Below are positions 20,951 to 31,702 of a DNA stretch of 64,000 bases, piece by piece. The DNA lies in sequence record NZ_AP019754.1; one strand, written 5' to 3'. The notes beneath the pieces were generated by a model. It was not told the origin of the DNA, did no database searches, and saw only the letters and a program-made list of their open reading frames with translations. The position numbers and the translations under genes are program-made. Within the stretch, counting starts at the first letter, position 1. The number at the start of each line of letters is the position of its first letter. The stretch is from a plasmid.

Positions 20951-21182
20951 TCCCGCTCTGTAACCAGAAGCGGGCAAAACCCTGATTCTCGTCGCGGTGG
21001 AAATGTCAGGTTGAACATGGGATGTGGGGCGGAGTAGCACTCTGAACACGCCATCAAGATGCTTAAGCAGGGCTATGGACTGATTTAAGAACACCATCTT
21101 GCCAAACGCCCGTATTATCGGCTCCCGGCACGAAGCCGTTTTCTTTACTGTTTCATTTTCGAGTGTTAACCGAGGAAAGATA

Positions 21183-22847
21183 ATGAACAATATTAAAATC
21201 GGCGTCCGTCTCGGTGCCGGATTTGGCTTTATCCTGCTTCTTCTCATCGTTATTACCCTGGCCGGTTTAATGCGTATCGACTCACTGGGCGACACCGTGG
21301 ATAAACTGGCCGGCGATCGTTTTGACAAGGCTACCGCTGCCAGTAATCTTCGCTTTTACGTTACTGATATGAGTCGTATGGTTCGCAGCATCGCGCTTGT
21401 CGACGATCCGGCGCAAAAAGAAAGACTGAAACAAAATTATGAGCAGGCCCGCACCCGGCTTGAAACGGCTTTCAACAAAGTCGATCACATACTGCACGCT
21501 CCCAGAAGTCGCGAGCTGATTGACGTCATGAAAAAAGCAGGGAAACAGTATCTATCTTATTCTGAGCAGGCGGTAAAACTGGGTATGGAAGGCAAGCGGG
21601 ATGAGGTGACGCAACTACTCACCGGGCCGGCTTATCAGGCTCAGGACGAATACACAACGGCTATCACGGACCTCGCCAACTTCCAGGGGGAGCAGATGAA
21701 AACCGCGGGAGCTAAAGCCGCGTCAGAGCAGCGCAACGCCGTAACGTTACTCGTTTCACTCAGCCTGGCTGCCATTGTACTGGCAGCAACGCTCGCCTGG
21801 TTTATTACCCGCAGTATCGTCAGGCCCGTCAATATCGCACTTGAAGCGGCGGTAAGGGTTGCTGAAGGTGATCTCACTGCAGAGGTGCCGGTGAGCGGAC
21901 GGGACGAAACCGGGAAACTGCTTGAAGCTATTCGTGGCATGCAGCATTCCCTGGTGCAAACCGTGAGTGCCGTTCGGGCGAATGCGGAAAGCGTTGCCGC
22001 AGCAAGCCTTCAGATAGCTCAGGGAAACACCGATCTGTCACAGCGCACTGAAGAACAAGCCAGCGCGCTGGAACAGACCGCTGCCACGATGGGTGAACTG
22101 GGTGTCACGGTCAGGAATAACGCAGATAATGCCAGCCAGGCCGCCACGCTGGCCGTTACGGTACGTGAGGTTGCCCGGCAGGGTAATGACATCACTTCAG
22201 ATATCACCGATACCATGAAGGGCATAGGCGAAAGTTCAGGGCGCATTGCGGATATCACTTCAGTGATTGACAGCATCGCTTTCCAGACCAACATTCTGGC
22301 GCTCAATGCCGCCGTCGAAGCTGCCCGCGCGGGTGAGCAGGGTCGCGGCTTTGCCGTTGTCGCTGGTGAAGTTCGTTCACTGGCGCAGCGCAGTGCGACT
22401 GCTGCGGGTGAGATTCGTCAGCTCATTGAGGCCAACGCTCAGCGCGTCAGTGAAGGCTCAACGCTGGTAGCGCGTTCTGCTGGCACGATGTCTGCCGTTG
22501 TTTCTTCGGTGGGCCAACTCACTGACAGGGTAGAGGAAATTACCGCCGCTACTGCTGAACAGGCGCGCGGCATTGAACAGGTCAGCATAGCCGTGACAGA
22601 AATAGATGACGTCACGCAGCAGAATGCTTCACTTGTGGAAGAGTCTGCCTCTGCGGCAGCAAGCCTGCGTGAACAGGCCGATCTGCTAATGCAGTCTGTA
22701 TCCGTTTTTACACTTTCAGATCATTCATCCTCCGCCGTTAAAACAGCACTTGTTGCGCCCGTAACGGTTACCGCATCCCCGACGACGCATGACAATTCCA
22801 TGCGATCAAAAGAGACAACGCTGGAAGAAAACTGGACAACATTCTGA
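21183..22847 (+). CDS. Methyl-accepting chemotaxis protein (4HB sensor, HAMP, MA domain; C-terminal NWTTF pentapeptide)
   Basis: The ATG at 21183 has GAGGAAAG upstream (the ORF track opens earlier at 21099). It has a signal-anchor TM, the conserved MCP signalling core, and ends in ...EENWTTF (a CheR/CheB tether-like pentapeptide). About 554 aa. Confidence 0.9.
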   Translation: MNNIKIGVRLGAGFGFILLLLIVITLAGLMRIDSLGDTVDKLAGDRFDKATAASNLRFYVTDMSRMVRSIALVDDPAQKERLKQNYEQARTRLETAFNKVDHILHAPRSRELIDVMKKAGKQYLSYSEQAVKLGMEGKRDEVTQLLTGPAYQAQDEYTTAITDLANFQGEQMKTAGAKAASEQRNAVTLLVSLSLAAIVLAATLAWFITRSIVRPVNIALEAAVRVAEGDLTAEVPVSGRDETGKLLEAIRGMQHSLVQTVSAVRANAESVAAASLQIAQGNTDLSQRTEEQASALEQTAATMGELGVTVRNNADNASQAATLAVTVREVARQGNDITSDITDTMKGIGESSGRIADITSVIDSIAFQTNILALNAAVEAARAGEQGRGFAVVAGEVRSLAQRSATAAGEIRQLIEANAQRVSEGSTLVARSAGTMSAVVSSVGQLTDRVEEITAATAEQARGIEQVSIAVTEIDDVTQQNASLVEESASAAASLREQADLLMQSVSVFTLSDHSSSAVKTALVAPVTVTASPTTHDNSMRSKETTLEENWTTF

Positions 22848-22955
22848 GCATGCCCCGATGTGAGGGGGTAAGCAGGCAACGCTACGTGAATTCTGTATAA
22901 CCCGCAGGGGTTCTGTGCGCCAGTTTTCACGTAGCGCGCCCGGTGATTACGGGCT

Positions 22956-23315
22956 TCAGGTCCAGAGGGGACGCAGGTGAGGTGCCGGTGCGTAACCGGG
23001 TACGTGTCGGGATGTATTATTTAACATAATTAGTATTATGCGCACTTTAATGTAACGGCTAAATTCAGATGTCCGCCTCTGGCTGTATTGAGATGTCCGC
23101 ATTATCGTCCTTTTTCCAGGGTTTCCCGGCTGAGGACGCAACTGATGACGGCTTAGGATTCGGAGTGCTGAGAGCATGAACAGACGTTTGGCCCCCATAC
23201 GTCTTGCCAGCCAACTGCTAAGCGGTATGACCAACATCAGGCCCAGGATATAGACATTACTTATCCATGCCAACTGGCTAACGGGTAGTTGGAGTACTTG
23301 CCTCCCCTGTGACAT
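22956..23315 (-). pseudogene. Possible remnant of an MFS transporter gene (N-terminal TM1-TM2 fragment only)
   Basis: Minus-strand translation QLAWISNVYILGLMLVIPLSSWLARRMGAKRLFMLSAL resembles motif A and the first helices of MFS drug-efflux proteins. The rest of the reading frame degrades into low-complexity sequence with no downstream helices. Confidence 0.3.
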
Positions 23316-23681
23316 CTCTCACCCCCTGCCAAAACATTTCCGTTTAGTACTGGAAAAATACTCTCTGTATCCGGCCAGACATTGCTGATAATTTGTCCAG
23401 ACTCTGGTTTAACATAGCTGACAAACGCTTAACGGACGCATCAGAAAACGAACAGCATCAACGTAAGGCTTCGTGCCACGAGGGGCCGTTTCTGACATTT
23501 CAAAAAGCGACACGACTAACAGCAAACGAATACCGCTCATCTTCCTTTTCTGGCAACCGTTTCGACGTGAAGAAAGAACGTATTACTGAAACGCGACGCT
23601 CTGCCCTTTTGCTTACTAAGTATTCATTGCCCGGATGTTCAGGCGACCGTAAAAATTAACGACACTGACGAGTAGGGAAAA

Positions 23682-24827
23682 ATGATGAATAAAACGATTC
23701 TGGCGCTAGCCGCCGTTGCAAGTGCTTCGGCCATTGTGCCGCTGATGGCTCAGGCATCTTACGCGTATGTGGGAACCTATAATCCCAATGGCGAAGGGGT
23801 TTATCGATTTATCCTCAATGCGCAGGGTGAACTGTCGGGAAAAACATTGGTGAGTCAACTGCCCAACCAGGCACAGATGGTGGCGTCAGCGGATGGTAAA
23901 CATCTTTATGTGGCGAGTGAGACCGAGAAAGGTAGCATCACCGCTTATCAGATTGGTACGGACGGTTCGCTCACGGCATTAAATCAGGTCGACACGCAAG
24001 GCAAAGGACCGGTGTACCTGTCCCTGACACCCGATCAGCGTTACCTGATGGTCGCAAATTATGTCAGCGGCAGTATTACAGTGTTTGCGGTAACGCCAGA
24101 AGGCAAGCTGAGTGAGGCTGTCGATCATCATCAGGACAGCGGCCCGGCTGGCGCAGGCAAACCGGCCGCAGCGGTAGACGGCAGCTTTGCCATCAGCGAT
24201 CACAATGGTCCGCATGCACATATGGTCGCCAGCGATCCCACGGGCCAGTTTGTTTACTCGACGGATTTGGGGCTGGACCGCATTTACCAATACCACCTGA
24301 ATAAAGACGGTACGCTGACGCCCGGCAAACCCGCATGGATAAACGCCTCGTCTGCCGGTGCAGGCCCCCGCCATTTCGTTCTTAGCGCTGAGGGTCATGC
24401 GCTCTGGTTAGTGAATGAAGAAGCCTCCACGCTCACACATTACCTCATTAATCCGCAAAGCGGTGCTTTGCAGGAAAAGGCCACGGTTTCTACGCTGCCT
24501 TCCGGTTATAAAGGCACCAGTTTTGCAGCCGGGTTAGTCATTGATAAGGGCGGGAAAAATCTTTACGTCGCCAACCGTCTGCATGACAGCATTGCGCACT
24601 TTGAGGTCAATGCTAACGGCACACTGACGCATAAAGATGATGTGTGGACGCGCGGGGATTACCCCCGAACGCTGACATTATCCCCTGATGGCAGCATGAT
24701 TTACGTGATGAATCAGCGTAGCGATAACATCACCAGCTTCAGGGTGGATAAAGCGAGTGGTGCCATCAGCTTTACCGGGAACTATGTTGCCGTAGGCGCG
24801 CCTTCACAGATGGTTATTGTTCCCTGA
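23682..24827 (+). CDS. Lactonase family protein (7-bladed beta-propeller; 6-phosphogluconolactonase / YbhE-like), secreted
   Basis: Signal peptide (MMNKTILALAAVASASAIVPLMAQA) followed by the YVGTYNP...LYVASE pattern of the YbhE/Lactonase fold. 381 aa. Confidence 0.8.
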   Translation: MMNKTILALAAVASASAIVPLMAQASYAYVGTYNPNGEGVYRFILNAQGELSGKTLVSQLPNQAQMVASADGKHLYVASETEKGSITAYQIGTDGSLTALNQVDTQGKGPVYLSLTPDQRYLMVANYVSGSITVFAVTPEGKLSEAVDHHQDSGPAGAGKPAAAVDGSFAISDHNGPHAHMVASDPTGQFVYSTDLGLDRIYQYHLNKDGTLTPGKPAWINASSAGAGPRHFVLSAEGHALWLVNEEASTLTHYLINPQSGALQEKATVSTLPSGYKGTSFAAGLVIDKGGKNLYVANRLHDSIAHFEVNANGTLTHKDDVWTRGDYPRTLTLSPDGSMIYVMNQRSDNITSFRVDKASGAISFTGNYVAVGAPSQMVIVP

Positions 24828-24995
24828 AACATTGATGCGGATAACATGCACGTCACACTGTGGTGCGTGTTACCGACGCAGCGTGCAGGTGCACGAGAAG
24901 GTCAGTCTCGCGCACCTGCCCGTTCAAGATCACTAACGGGCATGATCGATAAGCACTCAGGCCCAGCGATTATCGCTGCCAGTGCTAACGCAAAA

Positions 24996-27900
24996 TCAGG
25001 TGTTATCCTCCACAATCACCGCAACCCGCTGTCCGGCGCGCACGGCACTGCCTGGCTGTACGTTAACCTGCTGGATGATCCCATCGCAGGGTGCCAGCAA
25101 CGGAATCTCCATTTTCATGGATTCCAGTACCACCAGAACATCCCCCGCCTGAACCCGACTTCCCACCGTGGTTTGCACTTGCCAAAGGTTGCCGGAAACC
25201 GGGCTTTCGACACCCTGCTCGCCCTGCTGTAGTGGTGCATCACCGCCCTCTTCTGCCACGTTCTCCTGGCTGTCGAAATGGGCCTGACCACTGGCGATCC
25301 AGCGATCGCGTTCCGCATTGAACGCCTGTTGCTGGTGGTCACGAAACGCCGCGATGCTTTGCGCCTCATGAGCGAGAAACTGCTGATAATCACTCAACCG
25401 CAGCGTACTGGGCTCAATGCGCAGCGGATAACGCCCCAGCGGGAAATCGCGGCGGATTTGCACCAGTTCCTCGGCGGATACAGGGTAGAACCGCAGTTGA
25501 TCAAAGAAGCGCAGCAGCCAGGGTTTCCCCGCAAAATCAGCAACCTCTCGATAGCGATTCCACATCTGAAGCGTGCGCCCCACAAACTGATAGCCGCCAG
25601 GTCCTTCCATGCCGTAAACGCAGAGGTAAGCGCCGCCGATACCCACCGAGTTCTCTGCCGTCCAGGTGCGCGCCGGGTTGTATTTTGTGGTGACCAGGCG
25701 ATGGCGCGGATCCAGCGGTGTCGCAACCGGCGCCCCCAGATAGACATCGCCCAGCCCCATAACCAGATAGCTGGCCTCAAACACCGTCTCCCAGACCGCC
25801 TGTTCGTCAGGCAGATCGTTAATGCGGCGAATGAATTCAAGGTTACTGGGGCACCACGGTGCATCAGGGCGTACCGTCGTCATGTACTTTTCAATCGCCT
25901 GGCGACAGGCGGGATCGTCCCAGGAAAGCGGCAGATGTACTACGCGAGTTGGCACCTGCAGATCATCACTCAGGCAAACCCTGAGCCACTCGCCGCGTAC
26001 CCAGTCCAGCAGCGCGTCATGGGTGAGGATTTCAGGCTGAAAATGGATCTGCAACGAACGAATCCCGGGCGTGATATCAATCACCCCGTCTTTTGCATGC
26101 GCTTCCAGCGCCTGCATCAGGGCATGAATGCGAAAACGCAGAACCAGATCCAGCTCCGGCTCCCCGGCTTCGAGTAGCAGATGCGTATCGCCAGAAAGTC
26201 GCGCGACCAGGCGCTTATCGGCCTCACCGCAGGTCATCACGATCGGCGAGGTCAGCGGCGCAGGTTGCCAGGCTGTCGCCTGGCCACAGAGCGTTGCCAG
26301 CTCCTGGCCTCGCGCTTTAGCCAACTGGCGCGCGGTGGTTAAATCCACCGAGGTAAAGCGCACTTTATCACCGGCTTTCAACTGCCCTAACTGCCAGAGA
26401 TCGGCTTCGATGACTGTGACCGGACAAACGAATCCCCCGAGGCTGGGTCCATCCGGGCCCAGAATCACCGGCATATCGCCGGTAAAATCAACCGCACCTA
26501 CCGCGTACGGATTGTCGTGAATGTTTGACGGATGCAGTCCGGCTTCGCCCCCGCTGTCTCGGCTCCAGATGGGCTTGGGCCCAATCAGGCGGACGCCCGT
26601 GCGGCTGGAGTTAAAATGCACTTCCCATTCTGTGGCAAAAAAAGTGGCGATATAGTCCGGCGCGAAGAACTCCGGCGCACCGTGTGGACCATAAATTACC
26701 CGTAGGGTGCGGATCTGCGGGAGATCCGTGCGCAATGCCTCAGGAAGTGCCACGCCAGCTTCCGTTGCTGCCTGTGGGGCCAGGTGCAGCACATCGCCGC
26801 TACGCAGTGCGCGTCCGGCGTGGCCGCCAAACTGGCCAAGCGTAAAGGTGCTTTTACTGCCTAAATACGTTGGCACCTGAATGCCGCCGCTCAGGCAGAG
26901 ATAGCTTCGCACGCCCGCCCCACTCACAGCACCCAGCTTTAACGTCGCCCCGGCGGGAATGGTAAAAACACAATCCATCGGCACGGGCTGGCCATCCAGG
27001 GTAGCGCTCAGTGGTGCACCGCAGATGACGGCCTGGATGGCGGTATTGAATTTCAGAGTGGGTCCGGTGAGGGCCATTTCCAGTGCGGCTTCCCCCTCGT
27101 CATTGCCCAGCAGCCGATTGCCTGAACGCAGGGCGCGGTCGTCCATCGGCCCCGATGGCGGTACGCCGACCGCCCAGTAGCCCAGACGGCCCGGATAATC
27201 CTGCACGCTGGTTTGCGTACCGGCGCCTAGCACCTCAACCGTCGCTGCCTGATAGCTCAGCTGTTCCAGACAACGGGTCCAGGGTTCTCCCTGAACAAAG
27301 GGCGCAAACGCTAAAATTTGCTGCAGATAGAGGCGGTTGGTTTCAACACCGTATAAACGCGTTTCTGCCAGCGCCTGCGCCAGTGTGGCAATGGCCTCCG
27401 GGCGGCTGGGCCGCCAGGCGATCGTTTTCGCCAGCAGCGGATCAAAAAAGGGCGGCACTTCGCAACCGGCTTCAATCCAGTGATCAATGCGCAGGCGAGC
27501 ATCCTGTTGGTCGGGAAAGGCAACGTCTGTCAGCAGGCCCGGTGAAGGCTGAAACTGCCGTCCCGGATCTTCCGCATAAATGCGTGCCTGGATAGCATGG
27601 CCTTGTGGCGCAAGCCCGGCAGCCAGCTCGCGCAGGGGCGGCAAGGTGTCCGCAGCCAGTTCAATCATCCATTTCACCAGGTCAACGCCCCAGACCTGTT
27701 CTGTTACGCCATGCTCGACCTGAAGGCGAGTGTTGACCTCCAGGAAGTAAAATTGTTGGTTCAGGCTGTCATAGACAAACTCCACGGTGCCCGCGCTGCG
27801 ATAGTTCACTGCTTTACCCAGCGCAACTGCCGCCTCGCAGAGCGCCTGTGCCATGCCTTCAGGCAAATTGGGGGCAGGTGTTTCTTCGATGACCTTCTGG

Positions 27901-28601
27901 TTACGCCGCTGCACCGAGCAGTCACGCACGCCCAGCGCGATAACGTCTCCTTGCCCGTCACCAAAGATCTGCACCTCAAGATGACGTGCGCGTTCGATAT
28001 AGTTCTCGAGAAACACGCCGGCATCACTAAAGTTGTTCTGCCCCAGCCGCTGCACGGTATCAAACGCTTCCGTCAGTTCATGCGAATCGCGACAAACGCG
28101 CATGCCAATCCCGCCGCCACCCGCCGTACTTTTCAGCATCACCGGATAACCAACGGTCTCGGCGACGCGGCAGGCTTCGGCGGCATCGGCCAGTAACTCG
28201 CTGCCTTCCAGCAAGGGCACACCTTCAGCTTTCGCCAGAGCACGGGCCGTGTGCTTCAGACCAAAAGTCCGCAACTGCTGTGGCGTTGGGCCAACAAAAA
28301 TCAGCCCTGCGGCCTCGCAGGCCTCAGCGAACCCGGCGTTTTCAGAGAGAAAACCGTAGCCCGGGTGAATCGCCTGTGCACCGCTTTGCTGCGCTGCGGC
28401 AATAATTTTTTCAGCGGCCAGATACGTTTGTGCCGCCGGGCCGTCGCCAAGGGACAACGCTTCATCGGCATCACGAATATGCAGGCTGCCCAGATCGGCC
28501 TCGGCATAGACAGCCACCCCCTTGACCTGCATGGCGCGCAGGGTGCGTAAGATGCGGCAGGCGATCGCACCGCGGTTAGCAATCAGTAAGGTATCAAACA
28601 T
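24996..28601 (-). CDS. Urea carboxylase family enzyme; given the ykkC riboswitch context, probably guanidine carboxylase. It carries biotin carboxylase, CT (KipI/KipA-like) and BCCP domains.
   Basis: 1201 aa. The N-terminal biotin carboxylase starts MFDTLLIANRGAIACRIL, and the C-terminus has the biotinyl-lysine motif ESMKMEIPL. The middle region is allophanate-hydrolase-subunit-like (cyclophilin-fold). Confidence 0.9.
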   Translation of the reverse strand: MFDTLLIANRGAIACRILRTLRAMQVKGVAVYAEADLGSLHIRDADEALSLGDGPAAQTYLAAEKIIAAAQQSGAQAIHPGYGFLSENAGFAEACEAAGLIFVGPTPQQLRTFGLKHTARALAKAEGVPLLEGSELLADAAEACRVAETVGYPVMLKSTAGGGGIGMRVCRDSHELTEAFDTVQRLGQNNFSDAGVFLENYIERARHLEVQIFGDGQGDVIALGVRDCSVQRRNQKVIEETPAPNLPEGMAQALCEAAVALGKAVNYRSAGTVEFVYDSLNQQFYFLEVNTRLQVEHGVTEQVWGVDLVKWMIELAADTLPPLRELAAGLAPQGHAIQARIYAEDPGRQFQPSPGLLTDVAFPDQQDARLRIDHWIEAGCEVPPFFDPLLAKTIAWRPSRPEAIATLAQALAETRLYGVETNRLYLQQILAFAPFVQGEPWTRCLEQLSYQAATVEVLGAGTQTSVQDYPGRLGYWAVGVPPSGPMDDRALRSGNRLLGNDEGEAALEMALTGPTLKFNTAIQAVICGAPLSATLDGQPVPMDCVFTIPAGATLKLGAVSGAGVRSYLCLSGGIQVPTYLGSKSTFTLGQFGGHAGRALRSGDVLHLAPQAATEAGVALPEALRTDLPQIRTLRVIYGPHGAPEFFAPDYIATFFATEWEVHFNSSRTGVRLIGPKPIWSRDSGGEAGLHPSNIHDNPYAVGAVDFTGDMPVILGPDGPSLGGFVCPVTVIEADLWQLGQLKAGDKVRFTSVDLTTARQLAKARGQELATLCGQATAWQPAPLTSPIVMTCGEADKRLVARLSGDTHLLLEAGEPELDLVLRFRIHALMQALEAHAKDGVIDITPGIRSLQIHFQPEILTHDALLDWVRGEWLRVCLSDDLQVPTRVVHLPLSWDDPACRQAIEKYMTTVRPDAPWCPSNLEFIRRINDLPDEQAVWETVFEASYLVMGLGDVYLGAPVATPLDPRHRLVTTKYNPARTWTAENSVGIGGAYLCVYGMEGPGGYQFVGRTLQMWNRYREVADFAGKPWLLRFFDQLRFYPVSAEELVQIRRDFPLGRYPLRIEPSTLRLSDYQQFLAHEAQSIAAFRDHQQQAFNAERDRWIASGQAHFDSQENVAEEGGDAPLQQGEQGVESPVSGNLWQVQTTVGSRVQAGDVLVVLESMKMEIPLLAPCDGIIQQVNVQPGSAVRAGQRVAVIVEDNT

Positions 28602-28712
28602 AAGCGGAACTCTCAGGAAAGCGGGTCGTCCCGCAGAAAGTCGACATGTCCCCTGGGGCCGTCCCCGGGGCTTCTCCTTTTCAGGCGTGCGTATTGTTTA
28701 GTCGCACCAGGC

Positions 28713-29348
28713 TCAGTTCCATACCAATACCTCGGCGGGCGTGGGATTCCAGCCGTTACAGGGGTTATTCAGCTGCGGACAGTTTGAGATTAAGACCGCC
28801 GCATTACACTCGGCGCGCAGTTCAACATATTTGCCGGCGGCGGAAATACCGTCTTCAAAGGTCAGTCCACCCTGCGGAGTGACGGGAACGTTCATAAAAA
28901 AGTTGATGTTGGCGCCGATATCGCGTTTATGCAGGCGACCGTCATGCAGGCAGGCACAAAGAAAATTATCCCGGCAGCTGTGCATATAGCGCTTGTCGTG
29001 AGCATAACGTACCGTGTTACTTTCCTGCGCGCAGGCACCGCCCAACGTATCGTGGCGGCCACAGGTATCGGCGACAATGGTCAGCAGCGGATTGCCCATA
29101 TTCGAGTAAAGTACGCTGCCGGTGGTCAGGTAAGCATTACCCTGACGGCGCAGCGTACGCTGGGGATCGTAACGCTCGCGCGGATTATCTGCGTTGTAGA
29201 ACAGCGTATCGATCGCCTGATTCCCTTCCAGGTCGAGCAGACGCAATGTTTGCCCTTGTTTGACCTCAAACAGCCAGGGTTCGCCCGCCGGAATCACATG
29301 ACGGTAAACCGCATCCTCTGGGCGGCGGTCGCTGGAAATAATCATCAT
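28713..29348 (-). CDS. DUF1989 protein: urea-carboxylase-associated family 2, a carboxyguanidine deiminase subunit-like protein
   Basis: The start ATG at 29348 ([14 protein letters not shown]...) has a GGAG 6 nt upstream and lies just after the stop of the preceding DUF1989 gene. It is a paralog of the upstream gene (shared ...GNPLL...ADTCGRHD / ...[16 protein letters not shown] blocks). Confidence 0.75.
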   Translation of the reverse strand: MMIISSDRRPEDAVYRHVIPAGEPWLFEVKQGQTLRLLDLEGNQAIDTLFYNADNPRERYDPQRTLRRQGNAYLTTGSVLYSNMGNPLLTIVADTCGRHDTLGGACAQESNTVRYAHDKRYMHSCRDNFLCACLHDGRLHKRDIGANINFFMNVPVTPQGGLTFEDGISAAGKYVELRAECNAAVLISNCPQLNNPCNGWNPTPAEVLVWN

Positions 29349-29358
29349 CGCTGACTCC

Positions 29359-30087
29359 TTACAGGGCAAAAAGTTGAGTGTTCTGTATTGCGCGCTGATT
29401 TTCATCGCGGATGAACAGCGCTTCGGTGGTAGCCTGTGCGTCATCGGCCTGATACCAGCTCAGCTGGATGGGACGCGGTGCATAGTCAGGGGCAGGATCC
29501 ATTGGATGGGGGAGCGCGGTCAGGACGATCAGCACGTCCATTGGGGCAAACAGCTCAACAACATCCCCTGCGCGGCTATGTTCGGTATCGAAGCGGAAGC
29601 GGCCATCTTCATCGACGGTGACTTTGCTAAAGAAGTTAACGACCATGAGCAGATCTTCAAGACCCAAATCCCATTTGCCCATCTCGACCAGCAGATTATC
29701 GACTCCATTGCGGTAAAACCCATTCCGCAGCTCCTGATAGCGCCCTGCGCCATATTTTTCGCGCGTTTCCGCCGCGTTAAGTACGCCACCAAACGGGTCG
29801 TGCCAGCCACAACTGTCCGCCACGATCCCGGCGAGTACGCGGCCCATATCGGAATAAAAACAGTGGCCGGTAGTGAGCCGGGCCGTATGCTGGCCCTTCA
29901 GCGTATCCGGTAGATTAAGGCGTTCACTTTTCTCATGCGGATTGAGCATCATCATGCTGACATTCGCGCCGCCATCAATATCGGTCAGGCGCAGGATGTG
30001 CCCTTTGCGCAGAATGAATGAGGTGTGCGCCCCGCCGGGAAGCCGCTCTTCGCGCAGGCTGGGCGCTGAGTGAAAACGTGCCGTCAT
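29359..30087 (-). CDS. DUF1989 protein: urea-carboxylase-associated family 1, a carboxyguanidine deiminase subunit-like protein
   Basis: 242 aa, paralogous to the downstream DUF1989 gene. It overlaps the ATPase gene stop by 4 nt. Confidence 0.75.
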   Translation of the reverse strand: MTARFHSAPSLREERLPGGAHTSFILRKGHILRLTDIDGGANVSMMMLNPHEKSERLNLPDTLKGQHTARLTTGHCFYSDMGRVLAGIVADSCGWHDPFGGVLNAAETREKYGAGRYQELRNGFYRNGVDNLLVEMGKWDLGLEDLLMVVNFFSKVTVDEDGRFRFDTEHSRAGDVVELFAPMDVLIVLTALPHPMDPAPDYAPRPIQLSWYQADDAQATTEALFIRDENQRAIQNTQLFAL

Positions 30088-30866
30088 TGCTGTCTCCTTA
30101 ATGCATAAACGTTGTCTTTACTGTCTGTCATCAGCTGTGCCATTCGCGCCTCATTCAGCGGAATGTCATAGGTGATACGCGCGCCCCAGGCATGAGGGGC
30201 TTGGGGATCGTGGCGGACTTTGTCAAATACCAGTAGCCGTGTCCCCAGGTTGAAGCCTTCAGTAAGATCGTGGGTGACCATAAAGACCGTCATTCGGGTT
30301 TCACTCCACAGTTGAAGCAGCAGCGCGTGCATGTCTTTGCGGATACCGGGATCCAGTGCGCCAAAGGGCTCATCCAACAACAGCACTCGCGGTTGCATGA
30401 TAAAAGCCTGGGCAATTGCCAGCCTTTGCTGCATTCCGCCGGAGAGCTGTGCCGGATATTTATCCAGCGCATTTCCCAGCCCTACTTTGTCCAGCATCTG
30501 TCGTGCCTGCTGCCGGGCCGCGCGTTTTCGGGCGCCGAACAGGCGACCCGACAAGGGCGAAGCAGGCAGTTCGAGCCCTATCGCGACGTTATCGAGTACA
30601 TTGAGATGGGGAAACACGGAATAGCGTTGAAACACGACGCCGCGGCTGCGGTCGGGTTCTGTCGCCAGTGCCTTACCATCCAGGGTGATCTCTCCCCGGG
30701 TGGGTTTTTCCTGCCCCAGCAGCAGGCGCAAAAACGTCGACTTCCCGCAGCCCGATGCACCGACCATAGAGCAGAACTCGCCCGCCTTAACCTGCAAATT
30801 GATGCGTTCCAGCACCACGTGGTCGCCGTACTCCTGCCAGATATTGTTGATACTGATAAAACTCAT
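30084..30866 (-). CDS. ABC transporter ATP-binding protein, NitT/TauT family
   Basis: The ATG at 30866 forms an ATGA overlap with the permease stop. Walker A GASGCGKST, signature LSGGMQQRLAIAQA, Walker B LLLDEPFGALD. Confidence 0.85.
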   Translation of the reverse strand: MSFISINNIWQEYGDHVVLERINLQVKAGEFCSMVGASGCGKSTFLRLLLGQEKPTRGEITLDGKALATEPDRSRGVVFQRYSVFPHLNVLDNVAIGLELPASPLSGRLFGARKRAARQQARQMLDKVGLGNALDKYPAQLSGGMQQRLAIAQAFIMQPRVLLLDEPFGALDPGIRKDMHALLLQLWSETRMTVFMVTHDLTEGFNLGTRLLVFDKVRHDPQAPHAWGARITYDIPLNEARMAQLMTDSKDNVYALRRQQ

Positions 30867-31678
30867 TCCCGGCCTCCTTCCGCCCATGGGAAACAGGCGT
30901 TGTGCAGCTTGCGCAGGCCCAGATCCATCAGCCAGGCCAGCAGCGTGATCCAGATGACATAGGGGATAATCACATCCATCGCCATGTAGCGACGCACCAG
31001 GAAAATGCGATAGCCCAGCCCGGCGGTCGCCGAAATCGCTTCGGAGGAAATTAAAAACAGCCAGGCCGATCCCAGAAGCAGCCGTACCGAGGTGATAAGC
31101 CGTGATAACAGCTGCGGCAGCACGACCCGCAGCACGACCGTCCAGCTATTGGCTCCCAGGGTTTGCGCTTTGATTAACAGTTCCGCCGGAATTTCCCGTG
31201 CCCGCTGTTCAAGATCGCGTGCCAGCATCGGCGTAATGCCAATGACGATGAGCATGACCTTCGACAGCTCATCCAGGCCGAAAACAATAAACAGCACGGG
31301 CAGAATCGCCAGCGGCGGCACCATTGAGACAACCGTCATCAGGGGTGACAGTGCGGCGCGGGACATCGGAAAAACGCCCGCGGCAATGCCGAGGCACAGA
31401 CCAATCAGCGAGGAGAGCGCCAGCCCCATGAGCAGACGGCTCAGGCTGATAAACGTATCGGCCCACAGCAGGTATTCACCACTGCGCTTATCTGGCGTGA
31501 AGGCCATCCGATCAATCGCCTCAATCATCTGCGACAGTCCGGGCAGCAGTTTGTCCTGCGGATTGGCCTCCAGCCGCACCGCTGATCCGATAAACCAGGC
31601 GGCGATGATCAGCACGAAGGGCAACAGCATTAGCGTCAGGCGCATGCCCTGGCGGGGATAGCGGTTGATGTAGCGCAT
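30863..31678 (-). CDS. ABC transporter permease, NitT/TauT family
   Basis: 271 aa with 6-7 TM segments and an EAA-like loop. Confidence 0.85.
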   Translation of the reverse strand: MRYINRYPRQGMRLTLMLLPFVLIIAAWFIGSAVRLEANPQDKLLPGLSQMIEAIDRMAFTPDKRSGEYLLWADTFISLSRLLMGLALSSLIGLCLGIAAGVFPMSRAALSPLMTVVSMVPPLAILPVLFIVFGLDELSKVMLIVIGITPMLARDLEQRAREIPAELLIKAQTLGANSWTVVLRVVLPQLLSRLITSVRLLLGSAWLFLISSEAISATAGLGYRIFLVRRYMAMDVIIPYVIWITLLAWLMDLGLRKLHNACFPWAEGGRE

Positions 31679-31702
31679 GACATGAACTCCCGTGCTCAGT
31701 GG

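Noticed and set aside
21115-21122. A TTATCGGC octamer (reverse complement of the sigma-28 -10 box GCCGATAA) upstream of MCP2.
   Set aside because: It is on the wrong strand for MCP2 and has no matching -35 element at the required 11-nt spacing on the minus strand. It is judged coincidental.
25091-28550. Numerous ORFs of 60-300 aa on the plus strand inside the 1201-aa carboxylase gene (for example 25278-26177, 27597-28196).
   Set aside because: These are typical spurious frames in a high-GC long gene. The minus-strand product is colinear with biotin carboxylase, CT and BCCP domains.
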